NCBI GenBank assembly: GCA_965649825.1
Contig: OZ287694.1
Coordinates: forward strand, 1,859,197-1,923,196
DNA: 64,000 bases
From: Penicillus capitatus
Lineage: Eukaryota > Plantae > Chlorophyta
Direction: 5' to 3'
Shown: one piece after another, positions 1 to 13,064 of the stretch
Layout: the number at the start of each line of letters is the position of its first letter
Position numbering within the stretch: position 1 is the stretch's first letter
The notes under the pieces: generated by a model
What the model was told of the DNA's origin: nothing
The model's database searches: none
Seen by the model: only the letters and a program-made list of their open reading frames with translations
Position numbers and translations under genes: made by a program

Positions 1-583
1 GCTTTTCCGAAAAAGTAGACGATGGAGCTGTTTGCAATGCAGCGTTGAATTTCATACGCTGTGCTCTTTGCTGGCGACGCATCTGACAGCTGCCAGATTA
101 GATTCAATCTCACACCATCTTATTTACAGGGCTGCAAAGAATGCTTTCGTGCAAAGTCGTTTTCATCCTCACAGGACGCAAAAGGGCTCTCATCGAAGTA
201 GATTATACTTACATCAGGTCTTGTAAATCCTCAGCCAGATACCCAGTAAGCTCTTCAACACCCTCTATCTTTTCTTCTATTTAGTGATGGTTTAGATTGA
301 AGGCCATTCTCACACAATTGGGAGAAACAAGGTTCGCGATAATGGTTACAAGCCAAAAAGATAAGGAGAGAACGCTGCAGACATTTGGACGCCAAACTAT
401 CCGTCGGGAGATTTTGATTAATATCATCAACGTGCAACAACTGCAATCCACACCTACGTCCGGGTTGTCATTTCGACTACAAAGTTTATTGCCAGCCTCT
501 TAAACGACGCCCAAACGGTAGGTTTCAAGTGCACGCGTTGTGACCTCAACGTTACCATTCTCCTTTGTGCAGGTTGTCCGAAT

Positions 584-3500
584 ATGGAATCTCAAGCATC
601 GACCGAAGAACCGACGGCCGAGGGACCGCCCGCAACGGAAAATGAAAGTCGGCTCCGCCAGAGCTATTCGGGCGTGGAAGAACTAAACGACCCGAAACTC
701 CTGCGCGCTGTCGCCAAGAAATACCGCATTGAAAGCACGAAGTCGCTGGTGGCGTCATACAACGCCACGACGGATAGGGACGAACGTGGCGTCCTCCTTT
801 ACTGGCTGCGCAGATACGACGAGCAAAAAGATGACTGTCTCAACCCGAAGCACGTCCATGAGTTCGCGGAGTTGGCGAGGATCATGCCTTACTCGATGCA
901 AGACAAAGAACTCCTGAAGAATCTGATCCGTGCTTTCGGTTCACGCCTTCGTCAGAGAGAGTTTCTCGAAGAGAATCTGGCCGTGGCTCTCTACAGAGCA
1001 CTCATGCATGTTGACTCTTCCGCATTTGACGGCGTGGCCGATCTGGTAGTTGTAGCAAGGAAGCTGTTAAACAGCTTATGTCCGGAACCAAAACTCTCTA
1101 GAGAGACCTTCTCAGAGCACGAAGCAACGTTTTTCGCACTTCAACAAACCTTTTTTCTGCTCAATGAAAAAAGCCATGGCAACATCAGCGAAGAAGAGAA
1201 GCAAGAGTTTCGTCGAGCCATCGCCAAGAAGCAGAACGAGATGGAGCTCTCGTGCAAGTACTACCCAGTAAACTTCTCTTTCAAGGCGCTTCGTCAAGAA
1301 GTGGAACGCCTCGATCTCAAGGGTCCATCATCGCCTCTCGCACAAGCGATGCGATGTGCCACTCTTGCACTGTGCGGAACCCTGCATGTTTTCCATTGCG
1401 TCAGAAACCTGGCGAGCTTTGATATCGATCCCTCGGAAATCGTGGATTCAAACAGAAGTCTGCGAGAGATGATTGCCGGACTTGGTGTGTCGAAGAGACC
1501 GTGGTTTGATCTGTTTCGAAATCTGATGATGGCAAGGCTTGATGCATCGAAGGACGTCACGAGTCTCGAGCTTTTCGAATCCTGTTACAACGCTGCGATG
1601 GAATATCAACGAAAGATGAGAAAAGGAGAAGACTTGAAGGCGCTTAGATTTGGCATCATTCAAGAACTTGGCGTGCTCGCAAAGAAAGGATCGGTGGAAA
1701 TCACTCGCGAAGAAGCCATAAAAAAGCTGCTGCAACTGGCAACAAAAGAAGCCGTCGACGAACGATGGATTGACGATGCAGATGTCTTACTCGCGTTCCT
1801 AGATGTCATACACAAGATCCACAAAACCAACCAAGGAGACGAAAGACCCAAAGAAACAATCCAACTCCTGCACCTGTCTTGCGAGGGCCGTGTCAATGAA
1901 GTGTTGGCGGAATGGTTGGGTGGAAGAAGCCTAGAAGACAAGCTTCGAGTCAGAGGCCCGCAAAGGCCAGTGCTGGTGCGTAAGGAGTTGTTTGTCGCGA
2001 TCGGCAGAGACGTGGGGTATATTCCACTCTCCGTCATGGATGCAAATAAAGAACAGTTGAGGAAAAGATACATGCACGATGACTTCGCAACGGCAACACC
2101 AAAAAACGCACGTTCAAGTGGACAAGTGTCGTGTTTTGTAGGTTGCCTCCCTATTCGTAAAAGGATCTTGTAAACACGTTAAGGACATGAAGCAGCACGT
2201 TGTCATCTCCGAGGAAGTCATTGAAAAACAAGTGTTAAAATCGGGATATGAAACAGAAAAGGGTATCCGCAGAACCAAAGAAAGAGAAGAAGGATCTTCG
2301 ATCCGCAGAAGAGATCATGCAAAGGAATACTACGAGCAGAAGAGAGTAGCCACAAAGCCCATTGCTCTAAAAGACTTATTTAAGAAAAGGTCTCTGATAC
2401 CCGGAGCCCCGGAGAGCGAAGTTCGAAGAGTGCTTCTATACGGGAACCCCGGTTCCGGAAAGACATGCATCACCAAAGTCTTCGCGTACAAGTGGGCACT
2501 CCGAGAAATGGCTCAAGAGTTCGATACCGTTTACGTTGTTCCGGTGCGAGTCTTGAACAGTACCGAGCACAAAGGGCAGCAGTGGGCGAGGATCGAAGCA
2601 GTCATTTCGCGAATATGCTACTCTGAAAGAGATTGTGCGGCCGATTGCGAAGACCTCGTCGCTCAGATTCAACACGATCTCGACAGTCCTTCGACGCTGC
2701 TCATGGTCGACGGATTGGACGAGGCAAACGACCACGCAAGAGAGCTGGTATCCAAAATTTGGGACCGCTCATGCAAGATGCTGTTGTTGTCTCGCCCATA
2801 CAACATGAGAAACGTAGAGACGCGTGTTGACATTCAAGTGGAGTGCCTTGGATTCGACGACCAACAGTTACGGGACTACATAGAGAGCGAATTGCCAGAG
2901 GACGAAGCTCCGAGACTCATCCGCTCTCTCGAAAGTTCTGATGCCATGTGGGAGATGGCGCATATTCCGGTGACGGCACACATACTTTGTTCCTTGTCAA
3001 AGGAGCACGGCAGCGCGTTTGAAGAAGGAAAGAGAGCGAGCACGTTTCAAGTATACAACGACATGGCGAACTACGTCTGGAAGAGGTTCGAAGAGAAGTC
3101 GATGGCAAAAAACGTACAGAAGTCGGAGCTCTTCGGCGACTTGGAGAAAGTCGCCTTCGAAGCTCTTCGGAACGGAGCGATTCTCATCCACGAGAGATTT
3201 GTTATGGAGCACGCAACGACTAAGAATGCGGCTCGAACTTTCAAAGAAAGCGGTCTCCTTTTGCTCGTATTGGAGGGACAAGAATACCAATTCCCTCACC
3301 TAACGTTTCAAGAGTACTTTGCTGGAAGACACATCGCGAGAAGCTTGAAGCAAAAAGCGTCGGACGAGGCGGCGAGAGTTCTCGATTTCATTCAGGAAGG
3401 AAAGTACAATGAGAAGCATGCCTTGGCATTATCCTTCGCGATGCACGCATTTGCAAGAGGCCAAAGCAGGAATGCGTTGAAAGAGATGCTCTCGATTGTT

Positions 3501-5105
3501 GATGAACAACCAGTTGAGGTTCTCGGAATTCAACACTTTTTCTTGAGAATGCGAGTCCTCGAGGCAACAATGGAAGAGGCGGAAGGAGCCGATTTGGAGA
3601 CTATCGCGAGAGACGAACGAGCAATTGAACTCTCCGAAACTGCTCGTTTCTTGCTGGAAAGAACAATCGACAACGTTCTAATCCGCGAAATTGTGATCGA
3701 AAAGCTCGAAAAATGCTTCTGCGTTTTGGACAGATTTCCCAAGATACTCAATGGTATCATTAATGAGACGAAGACGTTACTGGCAAAATCACAAGACTTG
3801 ACATGGAAAGAAAGAGCCAAAATCAATGCTGTACTGAAGCTTGCAAAACACTCCCCAAAGCATATTGGCGATATTGGATCGTTCTTGCAACTAGATACCA
3901 GAATCCTAAAATGGCACCGTACATGCGATGGTATGAAAAGGTTGCAAGATATCGCAAAAGAAATACCACAACTCACAAGAGACCTACTGCCGGTGCTTCA
4001 GAAAGGGTGCATCGACAAAGACTCCGACGTGCGCAAGAGTGGGATGGAGGCCATAGGCAAAATCGCTGAGGCGGCGCCGCGATTCACGAGCGATCTGCTG
4101 CCGATGCTTCAGAAAGGGTGCCTCGACGAAGTCTTCAGGGTACATTATGGTGCAATGTCGACCGTCGGCAGAATTGCTAAGGTGGCGCCGCAATTCGCGG
4201 ATGACCTGCTGTCAATGCTCGAGAAAGGGTGCATCGATGAATCATCCGACGTGCGCGAGAGTGCGATGCTTGCCATCCACAACATTGCTGAAACGGCGCC
4301 GCACCTATCGGGCAAAGTGCTGCCGATGCTTCGGAAAGGGTTCATTGACGAACACCCCGACGTGCGCCAGAGTGCGTTGTTTTCCAGCGGCAAAATCGCT
4401 GCGGTTGCGCCGCACATTTCTGACGAACTGCTGCTGGTGCTTCGGAAAGGGTTCATCGACGAACACCCCATCGTGCGCGAGAGTGCAGTGGGCGCCATCA
4501 TGGACATCGTTGGCGTAGCGCCGTTCCTTCTTGACGACCTACTTCCGATGGTTCGGAAAGGGTGGATCGATGAATCCTCCAACGTGCGCAACTGGGCGAT
4601 GTGTGCCATCTCTTGCATCGCTAAGGCGGCTCCGCAGTGCTCGGGCGATCTGCTGTCAATGCTCGAGAAAGGGTGCATCGATGAATCATCCGACGTGCGC
4701 GGGAGGGCGATGGAGGCCATCGGCAGCATCACTAATGCGGCGGCTCACCTCTCGGGCGACCTACTGCCGTTGCTTAAAAAAGGGTGCATCGATGAAGCCT
4801 CCGGCGTGCACGAGGCCGCCGATAAGGCACTAAAGGGCATTAACGTTAGTAAGAACATGCTTTCGTCCGTCTTTCTTACTACTGCGTATGAACGCGATAT
4901 TTCGTTACTTCTTATAAGGGATGCATTTACACTCAAGTCCTCATCCGAATCCGAAACAGTATCTCTTCTCTTGCATGCAACGTCTTCCGAAGAAATCGGA
5001 CAATGGGACAAAAAAGATCTTAATATATTTGTTACAAATTTGAAGCAAGGGTTTGATGAGAGCTTTCCTGGATTGTCAGACTCTTTGAACAAAAGATTAA
5101 CGTAA
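584..5105 (+). CDS. NLR-like STAND ATPase 1: orphan N-terminal helical domain + NACHT + 8 HEAT repeats; join(584..2092,2142..5105)
   Basis: ORFs 584..2173 and 2187..5105 join in frame across a 49-nt intron (GC donor 2093, AG 2140-2141) at the same position as the GT-AG intron of the paralog at 14206. Walker A GNPGSGKT (2442-2465), Walker B LLMVDGLDE, NACHT-typical FPHLTFQEYFA motif, C-terminal HEAT-like repeats. Confidence 0.85.
3963..4847 (+). repeat. Coding tandem array: 8 x 111 nt (37-aa HEAT-like units)
   Basis: Consensus APxxxxxLLPMLQKGCxDExxxVRxxAMxAIxxIAxA read directly from the translation; 111-nt period. Confidence 0.9.
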
Positions 5106-5534
5106 AGACATGCACTCACATCTAAAACCTGTAGAACATCAGTAGTGCTTATTAAATCACTTTGATCGCATAGTGGTGTCGTACCTGAAACTATGTTTCA
5201 CTATTGCGGCGAATCTTTTCTTTGTACTACTAGCCTTGGAAGAAGATCATTCTCTTCCCAAGTCATCTTGCGTTCCGTCGACTCAAATTCATAGTGGACA
5301 GCTTGTTTGGTGTGTCGTATCATGGGTTCGATGTGCTCGAACAGAATCTATCATTTGGTTATTTAGAAACATCCACGTTGTCCCTACCAAAGGAGCCACA
5401 GGAAGTAAATCAATTGTTATCAAAAATTCGCGCTAAGAGTTTTACACAATTGCCGCACTCGCGGCAGTTTACAGGAGTATGTATGTTCGGATATGCAAGT
5501 GTTCGTTGCGCATGGACGCTTTTGCTCTCTTCCG

Positions 5535-6035
5535 GTTAACGGGTATTGGCGCTTGCTGTGTAAACGGTGTGAAACATCGCATGTCGATTAAAGGGCCCTC
5601 ATTCAAGTTGGGCATTGTAATGAGAGATTCGTCGCGTATTTCGTTGAAGTTGTTCTGCGTCGAACATTGGTTTTGTATGCGCGCTCATTCTTGTTCAAGA
5701 GCATCCTTTTTGGGATCAATGCTATGATTTCAGGGAATTTTGCTGTCGTTCGGTATGAACCCAGGATGAGATGAGTATTTCTCTATCGCCATTGTTGGAG
5801 GCTGCTTGGCGGATTTCAGAATGCCGCCAGATGGATCTCTTCACGCACGAAAAAACAGCTCTATAACAGAACACGTTTCTCCTCGGGCGTTTATCGAAGT
5901 CGCCGCAGATACGGAAGCGTACCGTCTACCTTTGTTTTGCTCGTTAACGTTAGCCGATTCTTCGCAAGATGTTAGCGTACCATATTCTGCATCTGTTCCC
6001 TTGATCGTGAACTGCGAGACGTTGTGTGTACTGCA
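5535..6035. repeat. Dispersed ~500-bp block upstream of the plus-strand TRP-like gene (homologs at ~21832-22328 and ~47985-48400)
   Basis: Shared strings such as attggcgct.gctgtg, gatgagtatttct and cttgatcgtga.ctgc.agacgtt align by eye. Indels break frames, so coding status is unclear. Confidence 0.6.
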
Positions 6036-6153
6036 AACAGCGGCCCAAGTCGAGTGACGCCTCGCATCGAGTGAGTGGCAGGTCTTATCTTTACCTGTGC
6101 CCGATCCAGCTTGAGATGCATTCAGACGTATTGTCAGGCTGCATCAGACGGCA

Positions 6154-8627
6154 ATGATGCAGCTGCGTGACGGAGTGCACGGTCGGTTCCAAAAGACAGT
6201 GATAATGACTTCGCGAACGCATTTCCATCTTTTAAGTATCATTCGACATTCCTTTTTCGCAACCACTTTGCGATGGGTTCAGTATTTTCGAGAACGGATG
6301 AAAACGCTGTCAGGGAGAGAGACGCCAACGACTTCGTCAACCTGGCTCTCGCTTCGATGGTTGAGATGCAACCTCCACGAAACGTTGTTGAACCGCCGCT
6401 GGAATGGAAGTCGGAAGACGTAAACCGGTGAGCAGCAGCCCTTGCACGGTTCGACCTGTCACGGCGGGTTTGTCTGACGAACAGGCTCATCGCTGAGCAC
6501 GGAATGGATTTTGCCTATGCCATGGACGAAAACTTTCACCCTGTTTTCTGGGATGCCATTAAGAAAGGTCAATACGACTGTGCAAACATGCTGCTTCATT
6601 ACCCAAGGTCCGAAGGATGCGAAGAGACATTTCGAAGACGTGGTGGTGATCTGCTGTTGTGGGCAATCGAGAACGATACATACGAGAGTGTCAGCTTCAT
6701 TCTGGAAAAACTCTTGGAGAAACACGTTACTGTCGGCGAAACCCAAAAGCTCCTATCAACACATCTGTGCACCATTGGCGAACGACGTCCCGAAATGCTG
6801 GCGGATCTCCTCAAGAACGACAAGTTCACCATCGAATACGCCAGATTTCGAGTACCGAAGGCTGTTTTTGACATCAACAGCAAGATTCCAAAAACCATGA
6901 TCACAAGGACAATACCGGCATCGTTGAAATGGGAAGTGATCGACGGCGAACGGGGAAAGGGTTTATGGATCAAGCACTGGGAAGAAGAGGGTCACTCAAT
7001 CGACAGCACCTCAGATGCGCAAACCTCAGTGATTGCAAAGATCTTCTTCATTGACTGTCCAGTGCATCTACTCCGCAACGACAATACTATGGGGCAGCAC
7101 CTCTGCGAATACCTCAACAATCTAAGCATGCCAGTGGAAGCTTTTGAATCTGAAACATTGAAGAAGTTTATTGACCACTGGTTTCAAGTTTTTCGCCCTC
7201 TCTATCAAGTCCTCCGCATCCAGGATATCGTCGCCACTTTGATCTTTACAATCTTCTCCCTTACGTTTGGACCTTCAAATGAGATCGGAAAGTTCTATTC
7301 CCTGACTTGGCCCTACATGTTATCTGTTTCCGCCTCGCTGCGTGCTGTTGGAGCTTATCATCTCGGTTCTTGTCGAAGGTCAGCAACCACTCGCCTGCTT
7401 GTTCTATCAGCTAATGTCTGAGATGAATGGGTGTAGGTTCATCCTCTGTTTGATTGAATGGACGCTGTATTATCTGCTTGTTTTTAGCAGCATCAGAGTT
7501 CATCACTACAAATACTGCGCCTTTTTGATATCTCTTATCTGCATCCTTCAATGGATCTCGGTATTTACCACATCGACCTGTGTCTCCCACTGAATCTGTT
7601 TGTGCACCCTAGATGTTTTTCTCGTGTCGGCCTTTTAAACGAATTGGGACGTTTATTTCGATGGTGAATTCAGTCATATCAGACTCCTGGCGTTTTCTGC
7701 TGTTAGTGACTCTGTTCATCGTCGGGTATTCGTCAGCATTCGTGGCGATCTTTAAGAATGGGTCTATGGGAGACGACGGAGAAAACTTCAACTCTTTTCC
7801 ACGTGCCATTGAAACCCTTTTCTACGCCTGTATTGGGAACTTCGAAGTGGAGGTACGACGTCCTTATTAACTTCTACTATGTCCGTGATGTTGGATCCGA
7901 TATGGTGATGCAGATGTTTCGTTCATTAAACAGCTTTCTTGCGTTTTGGGCCACTTTCCTGTTTGCTTCATTCATCTACCTTCTACCGATCGTACTGATC
8001 AGTGTGTTGATCGCCATTGTGCAAGATGTTTACGACAGAGTTCGGTCAAAAGAGAAAGCGGAACTGCGAAAACTCCGACTCCAGATAATTGCCAGATTTC
8101 AGTCTGCGAATGTTTTTGACACAGGAACATGGTAAGCCATAAAAGCATCATCGGAATCTGAGCTCACCGTTAATGTTTGATGGCACAGCAGCAATCCTAT
8201 CAAGTGGTTTTTTAGCTTTTGGTTCCGGGGTTGTTATCGATGCCTTCGACCATGGCAACGCGCAAGAAGACCTAGTGAAGTCATTGCAAATGAATTGAAG
8301 GGTGTCTACTTCCATTTTCTGATTCCTGAGATCAATGTACTGGAATCGCATAAAGTTGAATGGAAGGGAAAACTGGTGGCAATGGAAAGAACCATCAAGT
8401 CTGAAGGTCAGAAAGTCGAGAGAAGTTTGAAGGAGAAACTCGAACTGGCAGACAAGAAGATGGATGAATTGACAGCCCAATGTTCGAAGCTTGATAAGGA
8501 AACAACAGAAAGCAGATTAGAGGAGGAAAAATGGAGGTGTCACGTGAAGGAGAGAATGGACAGATTGGAGTCTGCCATGGACCGAATGCTTCAAAAACTG
8601 GATGCGAATGGTTTATCTTCCGGTTGA
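6154..8627 (+). CDS. TRP-like cation channel A (ankyrin-like repeats + 6 TM + pore loop + coiled coil); 5' end uncertain
   Basis: Inferred GT-AG introns 6428-6484, 7379-7436, 7561-7612, 7853-7913, 8132-8188 join ORFs 6504, 7342, 7613, 7758 and 8295. Ankyrin-like PVFWDAIKKGQYDCANMLL; pore segment FNSFPRAIETLFYACIGNFE; S6 LISVLIAIVQDVYDRV; C-terminal coiled coil. Confidence 0.75.
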
Positions 8628-10489
8628 GCAATCACACGGCACATTCAGTCATACCGCATTCAGTATAAAGTCCCTCAGAAGATTTCATTTCGTAGTTGGA
8701 TAGGGCAAAGATCGATGATCATCTGCACCGGGCGTTTTTCGGATTGTGTTCTGTTGACACACCATTCATCGTATCTAAGACATTAACTGTGCGTGTGACG
8801 ATGACTTAAATATCTGCTGAAAATAAGTTTGCTCAAAGACAGAAATTCTGATGAACAATCCAATGTTTACAGGTCCACTGTTACTCGCCGGCAACGGGAC
8901 AGAGCTGTATGCATTGGGACACTTTAAGATTGGCTTTCTGGATTGCATATCTCCTCGACTTCATCCCCAAATCTTGTCTCTTATGGCTATTGAATCCAGA
9001 CATCAATGAATTGAAGCTCATGTCGTGCAATATGTTCTTCTATTGTAGATAAAGACAAACGGACATGTGCGCGGTAAGAATAACGGAGGTGTTATTGATG
9101 CTATTCGTGCTCTATGTTTTGACAGCGAGATACAAAAAGGAGTCCGTTTTGCTCAGTCTGTACTCTTCGTGCACGACTCGTGGTCATTCGATCTCAAATG
9201 CTTCGCCTTTCAGCGGGTTGTCTCGTACGGCGGAGAGGGATGCGACGGTATCCTCGCTTGGATAACGTGGAGAACCGCCGAGACGAGATGTCGATGGACT
9301 GGAACATCAACTCTAAACACGTGCGTTTGAGTTCGACTCGACGACCATTCTTCGGATCAGAAGATTCTGGCGACGACTTCAGTGTACGGCTGCGTGAATA
9401 CGGGACAGCGACGGGGATCCTGATGTTGGAGCTCGATTGCGCATTCCTCGCCACCGACGAATAGGTGCACCCTCTATACGGACGGGTTCAGTGGCGGAGT
9501 GGGATATTGCCCACCCACCGTTCAAAGATGCGTCGGATCGCAATTCTGTGGCTCAGTCGTATCATTCGAACAATCTCACTCTTTTAATTCTCTCTGTAGA
9601 AGACATCTAGTACTGTTTACGTATCCGTGGCGCCTTCTCCACTTAGGAGCACGATCTTTCGATTCCTCCCGCGTCAGAGCGTAAATCTTCAGTGCGAGAT
9701 AGACACCGAATGCTCTATGCGAGCGGATGCCGATTGCGCTTAACAGAACTCCGAGATGCTTGATGTGACCGTTGCCATGACAGCTTGATAACGGGAAGGA
9801 GAGGGCGAAGACGACCTTCCGCGACAGCGAAAGGATAAGAGATCGTATCTCTCTACGAAAACTCTGAGACGATAGTTCATCGGTTTTCGAGGTTCCCATG
9901 ATGCGTCGAGTAATACCATCATGCAAGAGAAGACGACAATGAGATCACGAATCTTTTAAGCAGCTTGGATCTGCAGACCAAGCAGACAAATCTGTTGTTC
10001 CTCGTATACCTGTGTGGCCAGTCTATTCTTTTAGTCACGTAACAGATTTGTCTAATATTAAAGCGCGGAGATATCTTCCACTCTCTTTCCATGAAGCGCA
10101 CGCTGGCAGAGGTCTTGATGGGCCAAAAAGAGAGACGGAGTTTTCGCGACGGCATAACAGGGATACACTATGCAGACGATGCTTAGACACATTTTATTAA
10201 GAACATGTGCCGTTCTTTCGTTCCACCACCAAGCAACGTTGGTGTAAATCTGCGTTGTTGAATTCTCACGACGAAGAATTCAAAAAAATAATGAAACAAA
10301 TGATCATTAGAAGTCCCACCGGGAAGCTAGCTCTTCTGCAGCCATCATCGACAGGGCAAAGAGTGCCAAAATGCCATAGAACATGTCAGCAGCAGCTTCC
10401 AGTTAACCATCCCTCTTTGTAAAGGGAAACAAAACGAAAAAAGAGAGATGCGGTTGCAAAGCAGATTGGTTATTTTGTTTGACAATCGC

Positions 10490-13064
10490 TTACGTCGAAG
10501 AAGGCTCAGGACTGGCGACCTTCTGAAGGATCTGGTCCATAGCGGTTTTCATATCACCCATGGTCTCTTCCATCTTACGCATTCTGTCGAACACTGCGAT
10601 CAACTCGTCCTTCGTATGTCGACGGATCTCTGAACAAAACATTATCGATTGCCAAACCTTAAGCATCAGGTAATGGGCGCTGACCTCCAAGAGCTTTGTT
10701 GTGCTTTCTTGCTTCGGATATGATGGTTCTTTCGAGTGCGACGAGTTTGCCGTGCCACTCTTCGTCAGAGGATTCTTCTTCACAGTATTCAGGAACCAGG
10801 AAATGAAAGTACGTGCCTTTGATCTTGTCAAGTTCCCTGTTCTTGCGACGTATCACCCACAGTAGTGGTTTGACTATCCAAACATCTAAAAAACAGCACC
10901 ATGGTCCATTGTCTGTACACCTGGGTACCAAAACAAATACAAAAACCATGTGCAGCATTTGATCGAATATAGCGGTCTTACCACTTAACAAACCCGCCAA
11001 CCATGGCACACTTGCGTGTCGCTTGCAGTCGGTGCATCAACTGTTGTGCCTCCTCTTTTGACCGAACTCTGTCATGCGTATCCGTCAAGATGGCGACCAG
11101 CAAACTCATGAGCACAATGGGCCCGATGTAGACGAAGGAATTGTACAGCAAGGCCGTCCAGATTGTGCGAAAGTTACTGGTAGGGAAAATTATCTGCATC
11201 AGGAAAACCTCAGTCAAAACCAAGAAATGCTGACTTCTGGCAGAGCTTACGTCAGTCTCAAAGTTTCCATGACCTTTGCGGAGCAACGTCCCCAGCGCAT
11301 GTGGAAAGGTATCGAAGCAGTCATCTTCGTCATCGTCATTGTCATAGCCACATGTACCGCCTAAGAGAACCATGAAAGCTGCGGAATATCCAATCATCAG
11401 TAACAAGCCCATTATTGCGAAAGGCAGAGAGTCCTTCGCTGCATAACCCATCATTGAAACAAAGTGTCCCAATCGACCGAATGGTCGAATGGTTCGAAAG
11501 AACTGATCCACAAACACACATGGCATTGCGACAGAGAATAGGACTTCTGGATGAATCCTACCACAACCCAGCAGAGGATGCATCCAACGGATGCCGTGAA
11601 AGCAGAGTAGGCGGAATGATTGCCAGCGATGTATGCGTATGCAAAGAGTACAACGTCAATGATGAGCATCGTGATTCTAGATACAAACATCAAAGGGACA
11701 GATGGATGAGGATCAGTGACGTGACTGCCATACCTTAGAACTGAAAAAGAACAAAAAATTCCTAACAGATTTGCAAAGCATGACACCACTATGAGTGCCA
11801 TCACGGTTAAACGATTGACTGGCACAGTAGGGTCATTTTCTCGATAGCTGTGTAGGATGGCAAATACTGTGAACGCCTTAGCAACCAAGACATCCAGCAG
11901 GGCACCCATCAAGTAGAAGTTGCGATAGAAGCTGTACAACCAGTCAACAAGGGCTCTGATCGATCCCGACTTGGCAAATAACTGCATCATTTCTGTCGTG
12001 CTGAAAGGATGATACTTCACGATACCGAAACCCGATCCTCTACAGAAACATGCTCAAGCTTGATCAACAATACCAACGAACACACTTTGATTCTAGGATC
12101 TCCCAGAAATCCCCATTTCTGAGGCAAAGAAGTTTTGCAACCGCTTTAATCTGTTGACCTGTGGTGTTCTTAAATCTCCAGGCATCTTTACTGTTCTGGA
12201 TCCAGAGATCTTTTGCTGCACTTCTTTCCATCGTCCAGCTTTCTGGATGATGATCAGTAGACATCGCTACTGTTCTTCTTCCATTTCTGCCGAACACAGT
12301 CTTCGATACTTCAAACCTGGCGTACTCCACTGTGAACCTGTCTTCTTTAAGCAAACCGACTGTGATCTTAGTGAAGTCAGACTCGAGGGTCGAGTAGTGT
12401 GAACCCAAGAGTTCTATTGTTTCTGCCAGTGACCCATATTTTCGGGTGAGTTTGTCCAGAATGAACTCGACATGGGCGTCAGATCTGTTGACGATGGCTC
12501 TAGACAAAAGATCACCGTCTTCGTCTTTGAACTTCACAGGAATCCCATTGGTCTTCGCAAAATCGAGGAGTACGCTCGCGCAGTCAAGTTGGTCTCTCTT
12601 CACAGCGTCCCAGAAGATGGGACTCCCTTCTGCGTCAACTGCATCGATAATGCGAGTCCCGTAATCGGAAATGAGTCTGTCCAGTTCACAAGACGGTTAA
12701 CTAACCATAAATAGTGCGAGGAGATGCTTACTGTCTGGTGTTCTCCAACGTCCACTCTGACGGAGGCTCAAGGAACCACGTTTCACTTTTGCTCGAGGAA
12801 GAGTCGCCGTCATCTGCGACAGCACGCAACGGACAACTGTCACCCCCGTGACCGGGAATGGAAAACGAGACGGGCAGTCCACGCACCGTTTACCGTCTCC
12901 TCTTCCGGATAGCTATTGTCTTCCGCGTCCGTCGATAATGTCGTTTCCTGACGTTGTGAATCGTTCGGCTGCCGAGATGAAGACGCTTTCTTCAAGGAAT
13001 CGACATGTTCGACTGGTAATAAGCTTTCCATTTCTTCGGCAATCTCTTGAGGGGCTGAAGACAT
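10490..13064 (-). CDS. TRP-like cation channel C (convergent with A)
   Basis: ATG at 13064 (MSSAPQEIAEE). Inferred introns include 12814-12886, 12677-12731 and 12040-12085. Ankyrin-like PIFWDAVKRDQLDCASVLL; pore FDTFPHALGTLLRKGHGNFE; S6 LMSLLVAILTDTHDRV; stop 10490-10492. Confidence 0.75.

Noticed and set aside
7379-7436. Apparent +1 frameshift in TRP-A near 7413
   Set aside because: A 58-nt GT-AG intron with a gctaat branch-like site restores the frame. The same intron is 57 nt in paralog B, where it merely reads through.
12040-12085. Apparent stop and frameshift in TRP-C
   Set aside because: Explained by a 46-nt intron; paralog D has a 45-nt GTATGT...TAG intron at the same position.
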